Positions 1 to 12,964 are shown, counted from the first letter of the whole stretch. The stretch is 62,933 nucleotides of DNA, filler included, from Octopus bimaculoides (GCF_001194135.2; 7 parts of 7 records of this genome joined end to end with filler, not necessarily neighbours in it), one strand, 5' to 3'. The notes: generated by a model not told the origin, from the letters alone. Numbers and translations: made by a program.

Positions 1-55
1 CCTGTCTCCCACCCTCCACCTGTCTCCCACCCTCCACCTGTCTCCCATTCCAACT
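1..55. repeat. 18-bp pyrimidine-rich tandem repeat (CCTGTCTCCCACCCTCCA) x~2.5
   Basis: Two exact units at 1-18 and 19-36 plus a degenerate third. Confidence 0.8.
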
Positions 56-502
56 CTCTTACCCTACCTGTCTCCCCATCCCCCTTCCACATGTCTCTTC
101 CTTCCTCTCTCCTCCTCCACCTCTCTCACTCTCTAACAGTCACATTCTGGATGTTCCCTTGAGTAAATAATTAATGACGTCTCGCCGATGTCTGTCTTTG
201 ATGGTAACTATCCAGACCGCCCCTCCTCCACCCACCACTACCTCAATTGAAGAAAGCGTAGTGAGACAATAAACAAAGAGACACTCGCCTACAAGTGACA
301 ACTTACCACTATCAATGAGCATAAGTATTGGGATAAATATAGTTTTATAAGTCTACTTATGTATGTGCAAATCTAAGTTTATGTGACTGTATAAACGAGT
401 GGGAGAAAAGCAAATAAGTTGTCCAAACGAATCTACTTATAGTGAAATAGCAGCCATCGAAATCCTTGTATTGTCTTATGATAAGAGAATACGGAAACCC
501 AA

Positions 503-897
503 GAACTGACACTCCGTCGGTTACGACAACGAGGTTTCTCATTTGCTTGTGAAAGTAACGTGCAAGTGGCTGAGCATTCCACAGACAAGCGTACCCTTAA
601 CGTAGTTTCCAGGGAGATTTAGCGTGACACAGAATGTGACAAGGCTCACTCTTTGATATACAGGTATTTCTCATTTTTGCCAGCCTAGTGGACTGGAGCA
701 ACGTGAAATAAAGTGTCTTTCTCAAGGAGATAACACGCCGCCGGAAATTGAACACGTGACCTTATTTACGATCGTGAGCCGAACTGGAGCAATGTGAAGT
801 AAAACGTCTTGCTCAAGAACGTAACGCAACGTCGGGAATTGAACTCGTGACCTTACGATCGTGAGACGAATACGCTAACCACTAAGCACGCGCCTTC
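503..897 (-). mobile_element. tRNA-derived SINE, type E (head partly duplicated; 3' body shared with type A)
   Basis: Reverse-strand head has A-box-like GCTTAGTGGTT and B-box-like GAGTTCAATTCCC; body matches copies at 58120-58432 and 25800-25945. Confidence 0.75.
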
Positions 898-1102
898 AAA
901 AACAGGAAATAACATTCCACAAATCTCACCATATCTAACTAATTTCCCTAAATTTGTCATAGACTGGATCAGTTTACAAAGGTCAGTAGACATATACAAG
1001 TATTCATATTCAACGAGAAACAACTCTCAACTGTTGATTACGGATCTTCTTTCACGGAGTCATATTTTAATGGAATATTTACTGCTCAAAGATATTCGTA
1101 TA

Positions 1103-1142
<40 letters not shown>

Positions 1143-1265
1143 TCTCTTGCTCTCAAAATACAAAAGCACAGAGAGGCTTACTGATCAATTTACATATTTG
1201 CTTACAGTAACTCTATTACTGTATGGATGACTGTCTTTCTTAGAATCAGTGTTATATGTATGCTC

Positions 1266-1440
1266 GTGGAGGCGCAATGGCCCAGTGGTTAGGGCAGCGG
1301 ACTCGCGGTCATAGGATCGCAGTTTCGATTCCCAGACCGGGCGTTGTGAGTGTTTATTGAGCGAAAACNNNNNNNNNNGGTTTCGATTCCCAGACCGGGC
1401 GTTGTGAGTGTTTATTGAGCGAAAACACCTAAAGTTCCAC
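1266..1440 (+). mobile_element. tRNA-derived SINE, type A, 5' part
   Basis: GTGGAGGCGCAATGGCCCAGTGGTTAGG...TTTCGATTCCC head, near-identical to 25587 (+) and 6146 (-). Confidence 0.85.
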
Positions 1441-1530
1441 CTCGGCGGAATTTGAACTCAGGATGTAGCGGCAGACGAAATACCGCTAAGCATTTTGCCC
1501 GGCGTGCTAACGTTTCTGCCAACTCGCCGC
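1441..1530 (-). mobile_element. SINE type B head fragment
   Basis: Reverse complement of GGCGGCGAGTTGGCAGAAACGTTAGCACGCCGGGC...GAGTTCAAATTCCGCCGAG. Confidence 0.8.
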
Positions 1531-3297
1531 CACCATAACAGATTTCTTACAAAACAACACTGAATTTCTTCGAATCCAATTTAGAAGCTTTCTTCTTACC
1601 GGCGAGAATTGTATATTGTTTACAGCTATAGATAACACTCAAAGCTATAAATAACAGCATTTAGAAAATGTGCGTATGAGTCCCGATGCAGCCTTCGTCT
1701 TTTTCCTTTTCATTCCAGGAAGATTTTTTGACCCAGTGTTCTATTTGCTATTATTTAAAATGTTATTTACGTTAAATTGCGTCTTCAAGAACTATATATT
1801 TCATATCCCTTGAAGTTTGTATCGTTCTTTTGATATAAACAATATAGAATTCTCGCCACAAAAGCAAAGTTTCTTAAACTGAAGCCAGAAATTTGAAGCT
1901 TTACTGTGGTACAATCATAGCACATCTTTCATGTTGACACAAGATCGAATCACGAGGGAAGCCATCGGCTTCTTTCCACCCAAGGGTTATTTTAACCCTA
2001 TATTTTAAATACTATTTATTTTACTTCTCTGTCTATTTTTAACCCGAAAGCCTTGGCCACGGCGGGGGCACTGCCATTCGTTTTGATACATGTTCATTAA
2101 TCCCCACTGTAATATTTAGTATTTAGTGGGTGAGAGAGTTTGATGTTGCTGTCTACATTTGCGTTTGCTGTCGTGAAGTTAGTTAGTTCAGGTCTCTAGA
2201 CAGTAGCAGATCCAGTTTCGTTTTGCTGAGATCCACATCCACATCCACCCCGTGTAGGTGTCTCCGAAATATTGAGACTTCAAGTGGATTTCGAGCAATA
2301 GAGTTTACCTGTGAATGACAGCTGCTGGGACCGAAGTCGGTGACGGATCAGTTCTGGCTGGGACACTTGGATAATTGTGCATGTGGTTAAAAGACACGAA
2401 GCACCTAATGATTCCGGGCCATACTATGGATGATGCATCTCCTAGATAAACCAGGAAATATGCTTTTTTTACATAGGTTCAAAAATAATTCATCTCTTAA
2501 GAGAATGATAACAGAGAAAGGTGTTTTAATAACTGACAAACAGGTATAGTTTTATCGTTAACGCAGCGTAGGGTCAATACTTTTTTTTTTGTCTGATGCA
2601 TGGTGAGCACATTTAGAATTTCAAATATTTTGGCTTCTCCATTTGACATCATTGACAAAAACAAAGGAAACAATAGTGACCATGGCAGAGCAACATCAAT
2701 ATCAACAACAAAAGGAAGGAAAATGTATAGATATTTTTGCAATAACCTTAAGAACATTATTAACGATTAGAGAGACGGATATTACATCGAGGACAACAGT
2801 AAAGAAATGAAGAACCGCAATAGCAGTGACAACAACACCAACAGTAACTACAACCGCAAAAACCTCACAGCATCAGTAATGATAACTTGAACGTCAGGAA
2901 TAACAATAATGACAGTAACAACAACAGCAACAACAAACGGCAATAAAAGTAAATACAGCGGTGATAGAAGTAATAATAAGAGCAGTAGTTAAAACAACGA
3001 TGAGAAAAACAACAAGAACGGCAATAATAACTTTAGCAGTGCATTCGCTCGAGCAGCATCAAATGTCATGGCAGGAGCGGCTGGAAGAGATTTTGTAGTA
3101 AAACGCAGAGTTAAAACAGGCACACATGGACATATGCACGCAGGCACATACATGCACACGTACCCGGTACCCGCACACACAGACACACACAGACACAGAC
3201 ACACACGCGCGTAAGCAAACAAACATGCACATAGTATGAAACACACTTCTAGATTAATTCACATGGGGACAGGAAAAAAGTAAGGAAGTATAGAAAT

Positions 3298-3318
3298 AAT
3301 GATGATGATGATGATGAC

Positions 3319-3351
<33 letters not shown>

Positions 3352-3391
3352 AACAATAATAATAATAATAATAATAATAATGATGATGATG

Positions 3392-3443
<52 letters not shown>
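3298..3443. repeat. Compound (ATG)n/(AAT)n microsatellite at segment end
   Basis: Direct reading. Confidence 0.95.
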
Positions 3444-3543
3444 NNNNNNNNNNNNNNNNNNNNNNNNNNNNNNNNNNNNNNNNNNNNTTAATTAATTAAN
3501 NNNNNNNNNNNNNNNNNNNNNNNNNNNNNNNNNNNNNNNNNNN
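3444..3543. other. Artificial contig-joining linker (44N-TTAATTAATTAA-44N)
   Basis: Exactly 100 bp; the 12-mer gives stops in all six frames; six identical instances. Confidence 0.92.
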
Positions 3544-3588
3544 GAAATACCTCGAAGCATTTCGCACAGCCTGCTAACGTTTCTTATT

Positions 3589-3806
3589 TCTTTACTGCCC
3601 ACAAGGGGCTACACACAGAGGGGACAAACAGGGACAGACAAATGGATTAAGTCGATTATATCGACCCCAGTGCGTAACTTAATTGACCCCGAAAGGACGA
3701 AAGGCAAAATCGACCTCAGCGGAATTTGAACTCAGAACATAAAGACAGGCGAAATACCGCTAAGCATTTCGCCCGGCGTCCTAACGTTTCTGCCAGCTGG
3801 CCGCTT
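3589..3806 (-). mobile_element. SINE type B, near full length
   Basis: Head and tail (GCCCCTTGTGGGCAGTAAAGAAA on - strand) match 5190-5401 and 23820-24040. Confidence 0.85.
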
Positions 3807-3837
3807 TTAACAACCCGTAATATAAATCAAAACAGGA

Positions 3838-4050
3838 AGGCGGCGAGCTGGCAGAATCGTTAGGACGCCGGGTTAAATACTTAGCGGCATTTCGTCCGTC
3901 TCTACGTTCTGAGTTCAAATTACACGGAGATCGACTTTGCTTTCATCCTTTGGGGGCTCCTTAAAATAAGTACCCGTTGATCACTGGGATCAATGTAATC
4001 GACTTATCCTCTCCCGCGAAATTGTTGGCACTGCGCCAAAATTTGAAACC
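3838..4050 (+). mobile_element. SINE type B head with alternative 3' end
   Basis: GGCGGCGAGCTGGCAGAATCGTTAG...GAGTTCAAAT head; 3' part ends CCAAAATTTGAAACC instead of the CCCCTTGTGGG tail. Confidence 0.75.
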
Positions 4051-5189
4051 AACGTTAATCAAAACAGGTAATCAGGAACGAAAATAGTCCTCTTAAAGAA
4101 GCCTTTCATCTCCCCTCCTCCTCACACTTAAACAAATCCCACAAATCCAAATCACCTCCAACCAATGAGAGACCTTTTACGTTGTTACTCTGACTACTTG
4201 ATAGAAATAGTAGCCAATACATTCTTAAACATTATCATGTCAAATGAAGGGTGACACATTAGATAATGTAGCCTTACAGACCCACAAAAATATAGAATGG
4301 TCATGGGTGGGTTGCCTTTAAATTATAGGTCTCATTGATCAGGGTTGACAATAGCTATAACAACTACAAATCCTACCTTAAGTGGTTCATTCATACTTGA
4401 CTGCGACGCGGTAATACAGGTGAAGAACACAGCCTACAACACCTGTAAAATTTCACATACTTTTATCAAGTCGGTACCTTAAGAGAGTCATAGTTAAGAC
4501 AGTCGAATGGTCTTCGGTTCAGATCTCTTCTGAGCCGACCGTTCACCATTAGTCAAACTTCTGTCGATCGTCAGAGCTTGACAATAACTCGACAAAGTAC
4601 ATCTGTCAACTGATGTCTGAAAGTTGAGCTGTATTATTCGTGTTCTAACAGCGAGATGGCATCTTCATAAACGGAAGCCACACGAGTTCGATGCCAATAA
4701 CGGCAAGATTTTACAACCGAACGAGCGCAGCGCATCAGCAAGTGGTGGGCAACTGCCAAACACGGAAAACATTTCAGGAATCGCGCTATTTTATAAATGT
4801 GTTCCCGCAAGAGGCGAATACCAATACTTTCTGGCTCCACCAATTACCGCTAATACCTCAAAGACGATGGGACACAGTTATTAACAATCAACTTCATCAA
4901 CAAATTGCGGTCATTCTCCGCCTTCCGTTTGTGACCATCGCCGCAGCCTCTGCATATCCATATCAGAGGTCATTGCTTTCCTATGTCACTCATCAGTAGC
5001 TCTACATCCTCGATTATGTCTAGCACAAGAACCTCAATGTTAAACTGCTTCTTGTGGGTTTCATCCATGTCTTTTCTGATACCATCCAAAGGAAGACCCT
5101 CCAACTCCTTCACCAACACATTACTACCTCTGGCTCAAGCACTGTCTCTTCTCTTCTACTGTACTACATCTACATACAGGCGTAGCTGT

Positions 5190-5401
5190 GTGGTAAGCTG
5201 GCAGAAACGTTAGCACGCCGGGCGAAATGCTTAGCGGTATTTCGTCTGCCGTTACGTTCTAAGTTCAAATTCCGCCGAGGTCGACTTTGCCCTTCGGGGT
5301 CGATAAATTAAGTATCAGTTACGCACTGGGGTCGATATAATCGACTTAATCCCTTTGTTTGTCCCCTCTATGTTTAGCCCCTTGTGGACAATAAAGAAAT
5401 A
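5190..5401 (+). mobile_element. SINE type B inserted into the head of a type C SINE
   Basis: C head GCGTAGCTGTGTGGTAAG is interrupted and resumes as TAAGAAGCTTGCTTCCC; TAAG is duplicated. Confidence 0.8.
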
Positions 5402-5862
5402 AGAAGCTTGCTTCCCAATTGGATAGTTTCGGGTTCAGTTTTACTGCGTGGCACCTTGGGTAAGTGTCTTCTAGTATAGCCTCGGGCCGACAAACCCTTG
5501 TGAGTGGGCTTGGGAAACGGAAACTGGAAAGAAGCCCGTCGTATNNNNNNNNNNNNNNNNNNNNNNNNNNNNNNNNNNNNNNNNNNNNNNNNNNNNNNNN
5601 NNNNNNNNNNNNNNNNNNNNNNNNNNNNNNNNNNNNNNNNNNNNNNNNNNNNNNNNNNNNNNNNNNNNNNNNNNNNNNNNNNNNNNNNNNNNNNNNNNNN
5701 NNNNNNNNNNNNNNNNNNNNNNNNNNNNNNNNNNNNNNNNNNNNNNNNNNNNNNNNNNNNNNNNNNNNNNNNNNNNNNNNNNNNNNNNNNNNNNNNNNNN
5801 NNNNNNNNNNNNNNNNNNNNNNNNNNNNNNNNNNNNNNNNNNNNNNNNNNNNNNNNNNNNNN

Positions 5863-6146
5863 CAGACACGTGTACTCTTAACGTAGATCTCAGGGATATT
5901 CAGCGTGACACAGTGTGACAAGGCTGACCCTTTGATTTACAGGCACAACAGAAACAGGAAGTAAGAGTGAGAGAAAGTTGTGGTGAAAGAGTACAGCAGG
6001 GTTCGCCACCATCCCCTGCCGGAGCCTCGTGGAGCTTCAGGTGTTTTCGCTCAATAAACACTCACAACGCTCGGTCTGGGAATCGAAACCGCGATCCTAT
6101 GACCGCGAGTCTGCTGCCCTAACCACTGGGTCATTGCGCCTCCACA
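5863..6146 (-). mobile_element. SINE type A
   Basis: Reverse complement of the 25587-25870 copy. Confidence 0.85.
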
Positions 6147-6251
6147 TTTCACTAAGTAAGAACCTATGAAAGTCAAGGAAACTCATTCCTTTCTAAATGC
6201 AAAAGTCAAGGTCATTAACAGTTTCCGTAATGAATAAGGTAATGCGCTTAA

Positions 6252-6961
6252 TTTACATAAACAAAAACATATATAAATAGGATTTCGTTCATAGAATTCG
6301 GAGTCAAAGGTTGAAAGTCAAAGTTAATATGTAAAGGTCAAGGACTCTATAGTCTATGTTATAAAGGTAAAGGTCATTTGTCTATTCTCTTTTGGAAAAG
6401 TCAAGGTCGTTACCTCTTTTCCCGCCTATATAAAAAAAGGAACATTCTTTTTCCATTTTTGTTCACAAAATGTTAAAAATTTTGTTTGAACCAATTTGGA
6501 ACAAAAACCATTGATTGCTCTCAGAGTGGAATTACCAAACTATGTAACACATTCCATAAATTCTTCTACAGCTAATTTAACCTAATTCTTGTATATTACG
6601 TCAGAGTTTTCCTTTTATGTTAAATATAGAAATTATAATTGGTTGTACAGTCACCCATCTGAAAACTGGGTCTTTGGATACATTTGTATCGCATTCCTAA
6701 CGATAACTTTTCACTAAATTTTTCTCTGGGCAGCTTAGAGGATAACAAAAAAAAAGTTGTCTTTTTTTTTTTTAACTAATTAATAAATACCAGAATATGG
6801 AAAATGCATTACAAGTGAGAGGTGGCCATCGTCCAGACCGGCCTCAGAAAAAGAAGTATTAGATTTAAATATTAATGCACATATTTTACATAAACTAAAG
6901 CATATATAAATAGGATTTCGTTCATAGAATTCGGGGTCAAAGGTTGAAAGTCAAAGTTAAT
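6252..6961. repeat. Pair of 77-bp direct repeats (6252-6328, 6885-6961) with a cluster of AAAGTCAAGGTC-like motifs
   Basis: TTTACATAAAC...ATAGGATTTCGTTCATAGAATTCGG(A/G)GTCAAAGGTTGAAAGTCAAAGTTAAT occurs twice. Confidence 0.8.
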
Positions 6962-7284
6962 CCCACCGGGATTTGATTGTAGAATGTGGAAGGAACAAAC
7001 TAAATACTTTTATTAGTTAGGCGAATTATTTTTTATTTCTCTCTCACTAGGCGCAGGGAAACACTCGCACGCACACACACGCACGCACGCACACGTACTC
7101 ATGCACGCATATACACATGCACATACACACGTGCACGTGCACAAATATATCTATGTATGTAAACACAAACATATATACAACATACATGTACACATATATG
7201 CGTATGTATGAATGTATGTATGTATGTATGTATGTATGTATGTATGCGTGTGTGTGTGTGTGTATGTGTGTAGACACACGGGTG

Positions 7285-7346
<62 letters not shown>

Positions 7347-7383
7347 CCTTTATACATATATATATAGAGAGAGAGGGGGAAGT

Positions 7384-7416
<33 letters not shown>

Positions 7417-8744
7417 AAGGTTTATACATCTTAAAGAAAGATTTATACATCTTAAAACTATAGTTGTTGGCCCCACAGATATAATCTCAGTTAAAACATG
7501 TCATGTCGTAAGTAAAACAACCAAATCAGGATAAAAGGCTGATACAAAACATCTTACTTAACAAGCCACTACACAAAAATGAAATGACGGTAAATATATT
7601 TTTAGATTTGCCTTCATTTCTAACAGACTTAATCACTGCTGTGTGGAATGTCGGTGGGCGGTAGAATGTACTTAAGTGCAGAAAATGTCAGGGTCAGATT
7701 CTTTAACACAGGTGGATAAAAATTACTGTCTGTTTTATGTCCGTACGTATAGTTAGTAGAGGTGGCGGTTGCGGCTGCGGTGGTGATGGTGTAAGTCAGT
7801 CGTAACTGTCACTGGCTGAGATTATACCTGGGAAACAAGGTAAGAAGAGATAGAAGAGATATATAAATATTGATTCGTTTTATTATAAACTAGAGGAGCG
7901 TGTAAGTAATGGAGACTAATAACTATTGATTTGTTATAAATAGTTGATCGAACGTACAAGTATTTTGGTGGGTTTTATTTTTTTAATCCACGACTTTAAA
8001 TGATAATTTGCTGGAAATCTTATCCATAATTGATTATATGAAAGAAAGACAATAAGATTGAATCACGCAATGACTCAAAAGTCAACAAGGGAAGTAATAT
8101 TGTTCTGGTTTGCTAAAAAAAAAAAAACAAATAAACAGTGGAATAGACCGAAGGGAAAGAACTCATGTATAAAGGGAAATAATTCCTTTAGCAATGATTT
8201 TTCTTTTTTTTTTTATTAGTCGGCCGTTATAAAGCAGACTTACATTTCATTGTTTAATGCTTTAATGCTTTACAGGTCTGCTAGAAAAAGTGTTTATCGT
8301 AAAGAGTATTTTATGATAGTATGAGCATGTTGCCTATTTATCTTTCCAGCGTGAAGTGATAATGGTAGTTGCAATCAAAGTGGACTTTACCAGACCATGA
8401 TAACTGTTGACTTCCATCCTTTATATCTCCACCATAAGGTCCAGCCTTTATTATAAAGTGATGGCTTTTGTTCCTCAATGACTCCGAGAGTCTTACCAGT
8501 AGATCGCTAGCTCCTGGTTAGGGTCCCCCGTGCTGGACAGGTCAAAGGATAGAGACCAAACTGTTATGAACCACCTCTTCCTAATGGGTCTGCATAGGGC
8601 CAATACTCCTACCTAGAAGCATTGATGACAATACAAAATCAACAAAGCTTGAAAGAGGAAGGCCTTCTCTTAGCGAAACATATAACGCAGTACAGTAAAA
8701 TCCAAACAGAAGCTACAAGCAGACTTGAAAGAGCAGGAATCCAG

Positions 8745-8930
8745 TTAAAGAGAAGTATAAAAAGATAATCTGGAGTTAAGAACAGGGGGACGTGTCTTCT
8801 CACGCACAGCAAACCACCTGGAGTCTCCATCTCTTGTCGTCCCCTCTGTGAGGCCCAACATCTGAATATCTTTTCTCACTGCTTCATCCCCCATCTTCCT
8901 GGATCTACTCCTTCCACATGTACCCACTAC
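8745..8930 (-). mobile_element. RTE-clade LINE 3' coding remnant
   Basis: CGRSRSRKMGDEAVRKDIQMLGLTEGTTRDGDSRWFAVREKTR resembles the RTE ORF C-terminus (RGRP..W...VR.D...LGL.E...DR..WR). Confidence 0.65.
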
Positions 8931-9617
8931 AATTAGAGATCGGCACCTCTTGATGCACAATAAAAATATGATGAGGTGGTGATAGCTGGAATACAGGTCA
9001 AATAATTTGATTGTAGTTGACCACAATGATGATGACAACAATGATGAAAATGATGGTGGTGGTAGTGGTGGTAGCAGTGGTGGTGGTGGTAGCAGTGGCG
9101 GTGGTGATAGCAGTGGCAGTGGTGGTAGCAGTGGCGGTGGTGGTGTTCATGATTGTGGTGGTGTTCATGATTGTGGTGGATGCAGCAGTGACATTATATT
9201 CCGGATTCAGTGCGCCAAAACTAAGACTTTTGAATTTTAATCTTTATAATGGATAGAATCACGTGCACGTTTTCACTGGTTGAAGACAACTAGCACGGGA
9301 TTCTGTTCGATTGTAATAATATCGGCAATCTGTACTGATGATAAATAGATACTTTAATTTGGAAGTATTGATTTTGAAACTATAGTCTGCAGATAATCGA
9401 GGTATGTATAATTTTCACTGGTCTCGTCCGCCTGTTTTTGCTCCGCTGAATCCTTATTTGAGAATTTTTTAAGTGATCTTCTAGCATATTGACAGACCGG
9501 TTACTGGTCAATCTTATATACACAAGTACTATAATCTTTTTAGGATCTCCCAAAAAATTTTTCCTGAACCTTCTGATTCTTTTAATGTGCTAGTTTCCTG
9601 GTATTAAATTGATATTA

Positions 9618-9717
9618 NNNNNNNNNNNNNNNNNNNNNNNNNNNNNNNNNNNNNNNNNNNNTTAATTAATTAANNNNNNNNNNNNNNNNNNNNNNNNNNN
9701 NNNNNNNNNNNNNNNNN
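9618..9717. other. Artificial contig-joining linker
   Basis: 44N + TTAATTAATTAA (9662-9673) + 44N. Confidence 0.92.
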
Positions 9718-10138
9718 ATATATATATACATAATATGTGTATGTGTGTGTGTATGTATGTAAGTATGTATAAAACAAAATTGGAATGAGAAATAACTCAA
9801 GAGCTGCAAGTAGCTAACAGCTAACATGAAGAAAGATATACATAATACCATACCAAATAAGTTCTCAATTTCATGAGATTGTCTTCACTTAAGGGAAAAG
9901 TAAAAGGTAAAATAAAAATACACAAACACTTAAAAACGCAATTATAACAGACTGTAAACATGAGCAGGAAATAATTGCAAGGACCAAGAATTTTCAAGAA
10001 TTAACTCGCCATTAAGAAAAGCAATCTCTTGTACTTTTTTCCTGCAGACTAGAGGACAACTGTAAACACGTGCTTCTACTGTAATAACCTTTATCACTAC
10101 AACATGACTCCAACATATAGTATATGTATGTATAGGTG

Positions 10139-10530
10139 CAGGCGTGGCTGTGTGGTAAAAAGTTTGTTCTCCAACCACATGGTTGTGAGTTCAGTTTCAC
10201 TGTATAATACCTTGGGCATGTGTCTTCTACTATTAATAAGAAATCCAGATCAACCATAGCCTTGTGAGTGGATTTTGTGTGTATATGTATTAGTGTATGC
10301 GTGTGTGTGTGTGTGTTACTCTCTCCTTGTCTTGACATTGTGTGGTAGTTGTAAACGAGTGTCACCTTCATGTAAGCGGTGTCCATCGTTTTCAGTCTTC
10401 TGTGGAAAAACGTGTTTGGTCATGAGGAAATATTACGTCATTTGAAAACAGGTGAAGAGCATCTAGCCGTAGAAAACCTGTCTCAGCAAATTCCGTCCTA
10501 TCCGTGTGTGCAAGAAGTGAACGTTAAATC
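10139..10530 (+). mobile_element. SINE type C (CORE-like domain) with alternative tail
   Basis: AGGCGTGGCTGTGTGGTAA head, CCTTGGGCATGTGTCTTCTACTAT core; tail type shared with 12365-12960 and 24040-24380. Confidence 0.75.
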
Positions 10531-11379
10531 AACGATAACGGTGATGATATAATCAGATAAGGAGGGGGCTGCGCTTAAGTCCATTACGAGCCCTCCCCGA
10601 AAGGTGAGATTGATGTAGGTGATATCCAGCCTGCTCATTAGTAGTAAATAAATGTCTGAAGGAATAATCTGGGCAGAAAGGCAACTGCATGAACAGACAC
10701 ACACGTACTTACGTTAAACTCGGCGTTGTATAATACAATTCTACTATTCTGCAAACAAAGGGAGTTCTCTCCCTTGCTTATTATGATTCGTTTGTCATGG
10801 ACAAGTTCTCTGCCTTGATTTAAGTGGGCATTGCAACATTTCTACATCGGTTGAATAAAACCGTTCCTTTGCACTGACAGCGCACCCTGAAGAGCAAATG
10901 CAGCCCCTCGTGGACAAACTTTCAAACAGTCAATAGATACTTCAGGGGTAGTGTTGTTGGATAATAAGGATAACTCAAAAATGAAATAACAGTATCCTAA
11001 TTCCTCACTTGAAATACAGGCAAGGGTTAGTGACGGGCAAAGCACCCAGCTGTTAAACAAATGCCTCAATAATACATTTGTCTTACCCATGCTACTATGG
11101 AAGAATGGGTGAAAAAATGAAAATGAACAAATCTATTTTTAGCTTTATGAATGCAATGGTGTATTTCAAAGTAATGAATGAAATTATCTTGTAGAAAAAT
11201 CTTAAATCAGAGGTTCCCTATCAAGGAAGGATTTCTTTCGTCTAAAAGAATTTTTCCATAGACGCCACCCCCACACACACCTCCCCCAGTTTTTTTAAAG
11301 GTCTGTCTACTCAGCATATTTTAAACTCTGTTCATGGACTCCAGTCTGAGAATTGCTGACTTGAATCAATTTACAGTGT

Positions 11380-11745
11380 TGCTGTGTAGTAAGATGTTCA
11401 CTTCCCAACCATATGGTCTCAGGTTCAGTACTATTGTGTGGTACCATGAGTAAGTATCTTCTACTATAGCCCTGGGCCAACCACAGTCTTGTGAGTGGAT
11501 TTGGTAGACAGAAAATGCAAGAAGCCCATCATGTGTGTATGTATGTTCCTTATCACTGCTTGATAACCAGTGTTAGTTTTTCACATCCCTGCAACTTAGC
11601 AGTTTGGCAAAGAGAGATGAATAGAATAAATATCAGGCTTAAAAAGAAATACGTACTGGGGTTTATTTGTTTGACTAAAAATTTATCCAAGGCGGTGCTC
11701 CTGTATGGTCATAGTCCAATGACTGAAACAAGTAAAAGATATTAA
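11380..11745 (+). mobile_element. SINE type C with CR1-like tail
   Basis: Head/core as above; ends GGCGGTGCTCCTGTATGGTCATAGTCCAATGACTGAAACAAGTAAAAGAT. Confidence 0.8.
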
Positions 11746-12964
11746 GATGACATTATTATAATGTGATAGCTTTATTAAAGATCATCACAAGAGGCAGACT
11801 GGGATATAATAAACTATTGGAATATAATCCTTTCTATTACAGGCATGAAGCCTGAAATTTTGGGGGTGGAGACTAGTCGATTAAACTGTAATTGAATAGT
11901 CCCTACCCCCAGTACTTGACTGGTACTTATTTCATTAGTACAAAGTTGACCTTGGTGGAATTTGAACTCAAAACATAAAGATGGATGAAATGCTGCTCAG
12001 CATTGTCTGGCTTGCTAACAATTCTGCCACCTTACTTCTCAGATATAATGACAAGTATATTGTTATTCATGAAAGAGTAACAGAGACTCTCTCACTGCAT
12101 GATTTGTCATGATGCCTGACATCTCCAGATGAAATAGATAAACTTCCAAAGTCAGACTACCAATTGCTGGGTAACTACAGTAAAATACATGTCAGAAAAA
12201 GATTCTGAACTGAGATCTACATGGTCAATTATCCAATATTTTAAGCTCAAAGTTGAGCCAATGAGAAAAAGTTTGATCATTCCACCTGCTTGACAAATGA
12301 CCAGTCAATAGTCAAATGTCCCTCACATTATAGTCTACCATGTTTTAAAATATAAAGGCTGTGATGTATATGCATGGCTGTGTACAAAGAAGACTGCTTT
12401 CTAACCACATAGCTTTGGGTTCAGTTCCACTGTTTGGCACCTTAGGCAAGTGTTTTCTATGATAGTCCCAGGCCAACCAAAACCTTGTGAGTGGATTTGG
12501 TAGAGAGAAACTAAAAGAAGCCTATTGAATATATATATGTGTGTATGTGTATGTGAGTGTGTGACTGTCTTCTTGTGATGTTACATGATTGTTGTAAACA
12601 AATGTCACCATCATATATGCAATGTCCTTTGTTATCAATCTTCTGTGAAAACGTGTCTGGTTATGGGGAAATATTAACTTACTTGGAAACAGTTGAAAGT
12701 TGTTGACAAGAAGGGCACCTGGCCATAGAAAAATCTGATTACAAGTTCACTGCCAACAATTCACTGTGAAGAAAGTTCACCACGAGGAAAGTTTATTGAG
12801 AAAATATATCCATAGTATCTCACCATTAATAGTTAAAAACTATTTTATTGAAAAAAAGATGGTGAACTTTCCTTGCAGTCAATTGATGATGGTGAACTTA
12901 CCAGACATGGAAAAATCTGCCTCAACAAAATTCTGTCCAACCTATGCAAGCATGGAAAGTTAGT

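Noticed and set aside
1321-1430. Tandem duplication of a SINE segment around the 10-N gap
   Set aside because: The same ~48 bp on both sides of a minimal gap is typical of an unmerged contig overlap
3488-3499. TTAATTAATTAA as a recurring biological motif (homeodomain or PacI-like site)
   Set aside because: Always centred in exactly 44+44 Ns; it is an artificial linker
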